From assembly GCA_048884785.1 (NCBI GenBank), contig JBHLQM010000020.1, positions 1 to 49,537 of the forward strand: a stretch of 49,537 bases of DNA, written 5' to 3'. Of the stretch, positions 45,466 to 49,537 are shown one piece after another. The notes under the pieces are model-generated. The model did no database searches. It was not told where the DNA came from and saw only the letters and a list, made by a program, of their open reading frames with translations. Numbering within the stretch: position 1 is the first letter of the stretch; each line of letters opens with the position of its first letter. Source of the stretch: Candidatus Thorarchaeota archaeon (lineage in GTDB: Archaea > Asgardarchaeota > Thorarchaeia > Thorarchaeales > Thorarchaeaceae). Made by a program: the position numbers and the translations under genes.

Positions 45466-45691
45466 TTGATTAAGAACGGAGTCTTCTATATTGCAGTTTG
45501 CATATTCTACCTCAGCTGATTTGAGGACCTAAATAGATTGACTAATTTAAATATAAGATAATGTGCGCTAAATTTCAGAGGGCGCTTTTCGGTTCTATAT
45601 TGAAATTCCAGTTGCTTGATCTTTACATCATTCCCAAATCGAAACATTCGTTTCTCGTGGTGATTAAATACAATTAAACTGGAAGGTATTG

Positions 45692-45982
45692 TGTGAGAGA
45701 GCAGGACTGAGGGCATAGCTATACTCAATCATGTTAGGTCTGTGAATCGGGGGGTTCCAGTCCGTGGTTTAGTTCTATATGTATGCCTTCTTTCTGTATG
45801 GCCCTACCCTAATGAGGGCTCAAGGGTGGGTCGTCTCTCACAGCGATTCGGACTTTATTAGGAATAGCACCAATCCATGATTAAGGAAGTTTCGTACTTC
45901 ATCTCATGGCGGGTGCGTGGGCTAGTTTTCCGTAATATGCCCTCATACGAGACCCCCTCTTACCGATTCCCACGAATCCGCC
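45692..45982 (+). ncRNA. Putative structured non-coding RNA or long cis-regulatory leader (unassigned)
   Basis: At least 6 helices of 7-14 bp with G-U pairs on the + strand; TATA-like ATTAAATA about 25 nt upstream; no credible ORF. Confidence 0.5.
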
Positions 45983-46130
45983 ACCTCTTAACAGGAGAGA
46001 TAATAGTAGGCTCAGCCCTGGTTACTGCAGAGAATTGGAAGAGTTATCCATCCTAGAATACGTCTACCTAGTTGCGTCAATGGCAAAGAAGATAGTTATC
46101 TCCCTGAGATACGAATGAATATCTACGTGA

Positions 46131-47582
46131 GTGGTATCAATGAAGAAGCATCAGCTACTTTCAGGGATATTTATCTTCATGCTAGTTTTGGTTATAGTAC
46201 CTAAAGTGACACCCGGATTCCAGTATGATGCGGCTCAAGCTGGGACTGGCGATGTCATTTCCTTTTCTGAAAACATTCTGCTTTCTACAAGGGATACGCC
46301 CTATGCACATCATGTGGAACCCACTTTGGCAATCTCTGACAATGGCACAATCTTTGCTGGTTGGAAAAACTCTGAAACGCATAATGGGGGTGGGGCAAGA
46401 GTGAGCGTGGTGAAATCAGTCGATGGCGGAGTAACTTGGACAGACCCGTACAATATGGATAAGTTCAATGAATTGAATACACGACAATCAGACCCTTGGC
46501 TGGTTTGGCATGATGATACACTGTATTATGCATATCTTGAGTACACTCTTGCACCTGGCTTTACACAATTGACTGTGGCTCAAAGCAACGACTATGGTGA
46601 GTCCTGGAATCCCGTTCAGGCATCCTATAACCAGTACTTTGCTGATAAGGAGACCATGGTGATAGCTGAAGATGGAACAGTATACCTTGCATACGATGAT
46701 GCGGACGTTTCAACATCTGATGGAAATGTGACACTGAGGGTCTCCCGTTCAACTGATGGAGGACTGTCGTTTGAAGAAGTCGGGACTATTGGCTTGCCAG
46801 ATCCCGGCCACTTGGGACCCTATCTAACCTTCAATTCAGAAGGCGATCTGTTTGTAGCGTGGAGCTGGTTGAATGAGAATTATGAAGGCAATATCTACGT
46901 AGCCAAGAGCACCGATGGCGGCGAGACCTTTGACACTCCTCGTTTAATCAATCCTGAGGGCAATTACTCCTACTTCGAAAATGTGAACGGGTATCCAGGG
47001 AAGAGTACATTGCCAGTAATCCGATTCGATGAGTATGGGCGGATGTATCTGCTCTGGGCGGATAAATACGAACCTGACGCGCATTCCCTTGATGTCTATA
47101 TGCGAATCTCACTTGACGATGGCGAGACATGGACCCAGAGATATCGTGTCAATCCCGAAACTATTGGTGACCAATGGCAACCTGATATGGATATCGATTC
47201 AGAAGGCAGAATACACATTGTATACTACAGTGAAGTGTTTGAAGAGTATCGTCCATTCTATGTTATAGTCAATATGACCGGGGATGAAGGTGACTTTCCA
47301 GTATTTGGAGATCCGATTCCTATTGCTAGTGAAACCACATCAAGCGATTTCACACGTCCAGGAGACTACTTCACAATTAGGCTTGATTCAGCGGATATTC
47401 CCCATGTCGTATGGTCAGATGGCCGGAACGATGAGATGGACATTTACTATGCTCATGGACTACTCACATCCAATCAACCAACGTTTCCACTTTTTGATGC
47501 GATACTGTTAGCTATAGGCACCATTGTGGTAGTCATTGCCGTAGTTGTGTTGGTGTATTTTGCTTGGAAGAGGAGGCGTTAG
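46131..47582 (+). CDS. Membrane-anchored BNR/Asp-box (sialidase-like beta-propeller) surface protein
   Basis: Signal peptide; Asp-boxes SVDGGVTW, SNDYGESW, STDGGLSF, STDGGETF and SLDDGETW; C-terminal TM + KRRR. Confidence 0.85.
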   Translation: MVSMKKHQLLSGIFIFMLVLVIVPKVTPGFQYDAAQAGTGDVISFSENILLSTRDTPYAHHVEPTLAISDNGTIFAGWKNSETHNGGGARVSVVKSVDGGVTWTDPYNMDKFNELNTRQSDPWLVWHDDTLYYAYLEYTLAPGFTQLTVAQSNDYGESWNPVQASYNQYFADKETMVIAEDGTVYLAYDDADVSTSDGNVTLRVSRSTDGGLSFEEVGTIGLPDPGHLGPYLTFNSEGDLFVAWSWLNENYEGNIYVAKSTDGGETFDTPRLINPEGNYSYFENVNGYPGKSTLPVIRFDEYGRMYLLWADKYEPDAHSLDVYMRISLDDGETWTQRYRVNPETIGDQWQPDMDIDSEGRIHIVYYSEVFEEYRPFYVIVNMTGDEGDFPVFGDPIPIASETTSSDFTRPGDYFTIRLDSADIPHVVWSDGRNDEMDIYYAHGLLTSNQPTFPLFDAILLAIGTIVVVIAVVVLVYFAWKRRR

Positions 47583-47687
47583 CTTACTAGGCGTGAGATA
47601 ACGACATTTTGACCATTTCTGAAGAACCGCGAAGTCCCAAAGATACCATCAGAAGGCCGAGGCTACAAGAGGCCTTATGTAGGGAGA

Positions 47688-48758
47688 GTGCAATCAGAAA
47701 GAAGAGGTGTCATATTGTCAGATCGGGTGTTTGAGATACTTAACGAATTAAGCGCCACACCAGGACCTGTTGGCAGGGAAGAACTGGTCCAAGAATATGT
47801 GCGAGAGCATCTCAAGGAATACTGCAATGAAATCAAAACAGACAAGATTGGCAATCTGATTGCTACAATTGAAGGCTCCTCAAGACACTATGCCTTGGTT
47901 GCGCATGCCGATGAGGTTGGGTTTTTTGTAAGCAACATAGATGAAGCAGGTTTTCTCAAGGCAAAGTGGAGCACTCAGTCACATATGCCGGACCTTAGAC
48001 TGCTTCCCGGACAGTGGGTATTGCTAATGACTGAGGAAGGGTTGATTCCTGGTTGCTTCTGCGTAAAAACCGCACATATTGCAGGACCGAAGGGAAAGGC
48101 GACGATACCAAAATGGGAGGAAGTCTTCATTGATATCGGCGTTGAGTCTGCAGAGGAAGTTGAGAGTGTTGGGATCCACATTGGTACTCCGGTGATTTTC
48201 GCTTCGCCCGTTGAACGTGTTGGAAAACACCTAATGGGAAAATCATTTGACAATCGGGTCGGCCTCTCTGAAATGATTGTCCTTGCTGAACGACTCTCTA
48301 AAACTCCAAAGGCTCAAAGACCCACAGTGACTATGGTTTCAACAGTTATGGAGGAGATTGGAGCTAAAGGTGCTTCAGCCATTGCCAGGGATCTCGATGT
48401 CGATGGAGTGATAATCCTTGACATTGGTCTTGCGGATGACTACCCGGGCACTCAGGGAGAAGCCTCAGTTGGACTTGGCAAGGGCCCTGTCATTGTAGTG
48501 AAAGATAGCCAGATCGTCTATTCACACCAGCTGAACAAAAGAATAATCAAAATTGCAGAAGATAGAGCCATAGCCATTCAGAGAGCTGTCTATCACAATT
48601 ACGCTACTGATGGGTATGCTATAGTATCCCGGGGACAGCAGGTTGCAGTAGTCGGAGTTCCATGTAGATACTCACATAGCAGTTTTGAGTCAATCGACCC
48701 GCTTGATGTTGAGAATACCCTGGAGTTAATCTATCATTTTCTGATATCTGAGGTTTAA
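47688..48758 (+). CDS. M42 family metalloaminopeptidase (TET-like)
   Basis: AHADEVG, GKSFDNRVG, MEEIG, LDI, TDG and RYSHS motifs. Confidence 0.9.
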   Translation: MQSERRGVILSDRVFEILNELSATPGPVGREELVQEYVREHLKEYCNEIKTDKIGNLIATIEGSSRHYALVAHADEVGFFVSNIDEAGFLKAKWSTQSHMPDLRLLPGQWVLLMTEEGLIPGCFCVKTAHIAGPKGKATIPKWEEVFIDIGVESAEEVESVGIHIGTPVIFASPVERVGKHLMGKSFDNRVGLSEMIVLAERLSKTPKAQRPTVTMVSTVMEEIGAKGASAIARDLDVDGVIILDIGLADDYPGTQGEASVGLGKGPVIVVKDSQIVYSHQLNKRIIKIAEDRAIAIQRAVYHNYATDGYAIVSRGQQVAVVGVPCRYSHSSFESIDPLDVENTLELIYHFLISEV

Positions 48759-48774
48759 TTATCAGGATTCTCCC

Positions 48775-49161
48775 TCATTGTTCAGGCGAAGGAGCAACTC
48801 GAACCGTCATGCTCTCTCTGGAAATTATCCGGACCTTGGTTCCTGGACTTAATACACCAGCCTCATAACGAGCGTCCCATATCTCCTGGCCAACTTTGAT
48901 CTTTCCAGACCGTGCAGTTACAGATTCCATGACTGTGCCTGTGATTCCCTTCATCTCGTATAGACCATACGACTCGTCAGAAAGGCTAGGATAGACCCAG
49001 TAGTATTTAATGGCCACAAAGACTGCAGCGCCTAGAATACCAATAATGATACTTGGCAAGAATAGTTCCGGAATGAAGTAATACACTAAAACAATTGCAA
49101 TTGGAACTAGCACTAGTTCATCTACAGTTATTGCTATGAATTTCACTTTTGGAGAGACCAC
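48775..49161 (-). CDS. NfeD-like C-terminal domain membrane protein
   Basis: Two TM helices, then G..G.V......GKIKV..EIWDAR...GTKVRI. Confidence 0.8.
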   Translation of the reverse strand: MVSPKVKFIAITVDELVLVPIAIVLVYYFIPELFLPSIIIGILGAAVFVAIKYYWVYPSLSDESYGLYEMKGITGTVMESVTARSGKIKVGQEIWDARYEAGVLSPGTKVRIISRESMTVRVAPSPEQ

Positions 49162-49289
49162 GATAACAACACATCCAATTCCAGTCTGTGCGTAATAATG
49201 ATTGAAGGAACAAAAGGTTTGTTACATGTGCCACACCAGACTGTTAATTAGATGGCTCTGCAGGCAGCCTGTCGCAGTGTGACAAGACT

Positions 49290-49537
49290 TTGAGAACTGA
49301 AATCATCCAGATTATGGCAGGAGCTGCTGTGTTATCAGCTGTTACTTACGTTCCAATTCTGGCGAGGGAAGGCCTTGGAGCAGATGAACTCTATGTCACA
49401 CTCATTGTCGCAGTATATGCAACAGCATCTTTTCTCTCCAGCTATATTTTTGGACGAGCAGGAGACATCTATGGGCGCAGAATTGTTCTTCGATTGGGAA
49501 TCCTTCTCTCAACCATCAGTTTTGGCCTTTTAGTGTT
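49290..49537 (+). CDS. MFS transporter, N-terminal part (3'-truncated)
   Basis: Hand-translated; MFS motif A FGRAGDIYGRR; the ORF runs off the end of the window. Confidence 0.8.
   Translation, partial: MRTEIIQIMAGAAVLSAVTYVPILAREGLGADELYVTLIVAVYATASFLSSYIFGRAGDIYGRRIVLRLGILLSTISFGLLV

Noticed and set aside
45210-45728. Track ORFs 45210-45473 (+) and 45507-45728 (-)
   Set aside because: No recognisable protein features. The first is antisense to the Lys-rich micropeptide and its leader; the second spans AT-rich promoter DNA.
45692-46000. RNase P RNA (minus-strand GGAAAACTAGCCCAC and ACAGAAAG) or SRP RNA
   Set aside because: The remaining conserved regions and P4 pairing are not found in register, there is no SRP helix-8 motif, and the G-U pairs favour the + strand. 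It is left as an unassigned RNA pending an Rfam search.
45990-46100. Group I intron R/S-like words (CTGCAGAGAATT, AAGATAGTTATC)
   Set aside because: The matches are poor, there is no P7 pairing, and no interrupted host gene.
1-49537. CRISPR arrays, tRNAs, rRNAs, IS elements, prophage genes
   Set aside because: On manual reading I saw no regularly spaced repeats, tRNA cloverleafs, or transposase/integrase/capsid ORFs. The many short antisense ORFs in the track overlap well-supported genes and are treated as shadows.

Overview
A gene-dense archaeal chromosomal window of about 50 kb. It is most likely from an Asgard archaeon, Thorarchaeia-like. This assignment is an inference from the archaeal uS19, an archaeal histone, three longin-like domain proteins, many TPR proteins, a non-pyrrolysine MttB homologue and GGAGG/GGTG ribosome-binding sites with frequent TTG starts. 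I saw no rRNA, tRNA, CRISPR array or transposase. Housekeeping and metabolic genes include etfA/etfB, glmM/PMM, nth, rps19p, a heterodimeric ABC exporter, a cation/H+ antiporter, flavodoxins, an M42 peptidase and CbiX. The most interesting signals lie in regions the ORF track leaves empty or fills with shadow ORFs. (1) A translationally coupled cassette of four 32-36 aa microproteins at 27113-27570 (-), two of which are clear paralogues. It sits in a neighbourhood of small basic proteins: a short histone, a 65-aa Lys/Ala protein and a TPR protein with an H1-like tail. (2) A 24-aa, 50%-lysine micropeptide at 45238-45312 (-) with a structured leader of about 150 nt. (3) A heavily base-paired RNA-like element of about 290 nt at 45692-45982 (+), divergent from that micropeptide, with mutually exclusive helices and no match to SRP or RNase P consensus that I can see. 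Other notable items are a longin + V4R/Bet3-like gene pair resembling TRAPP-complex folds, a DPM2-like membrane protein, a wHTH regulator and partner sharing an acidic FDWD motif, and bacterial-style hairpin terminators.
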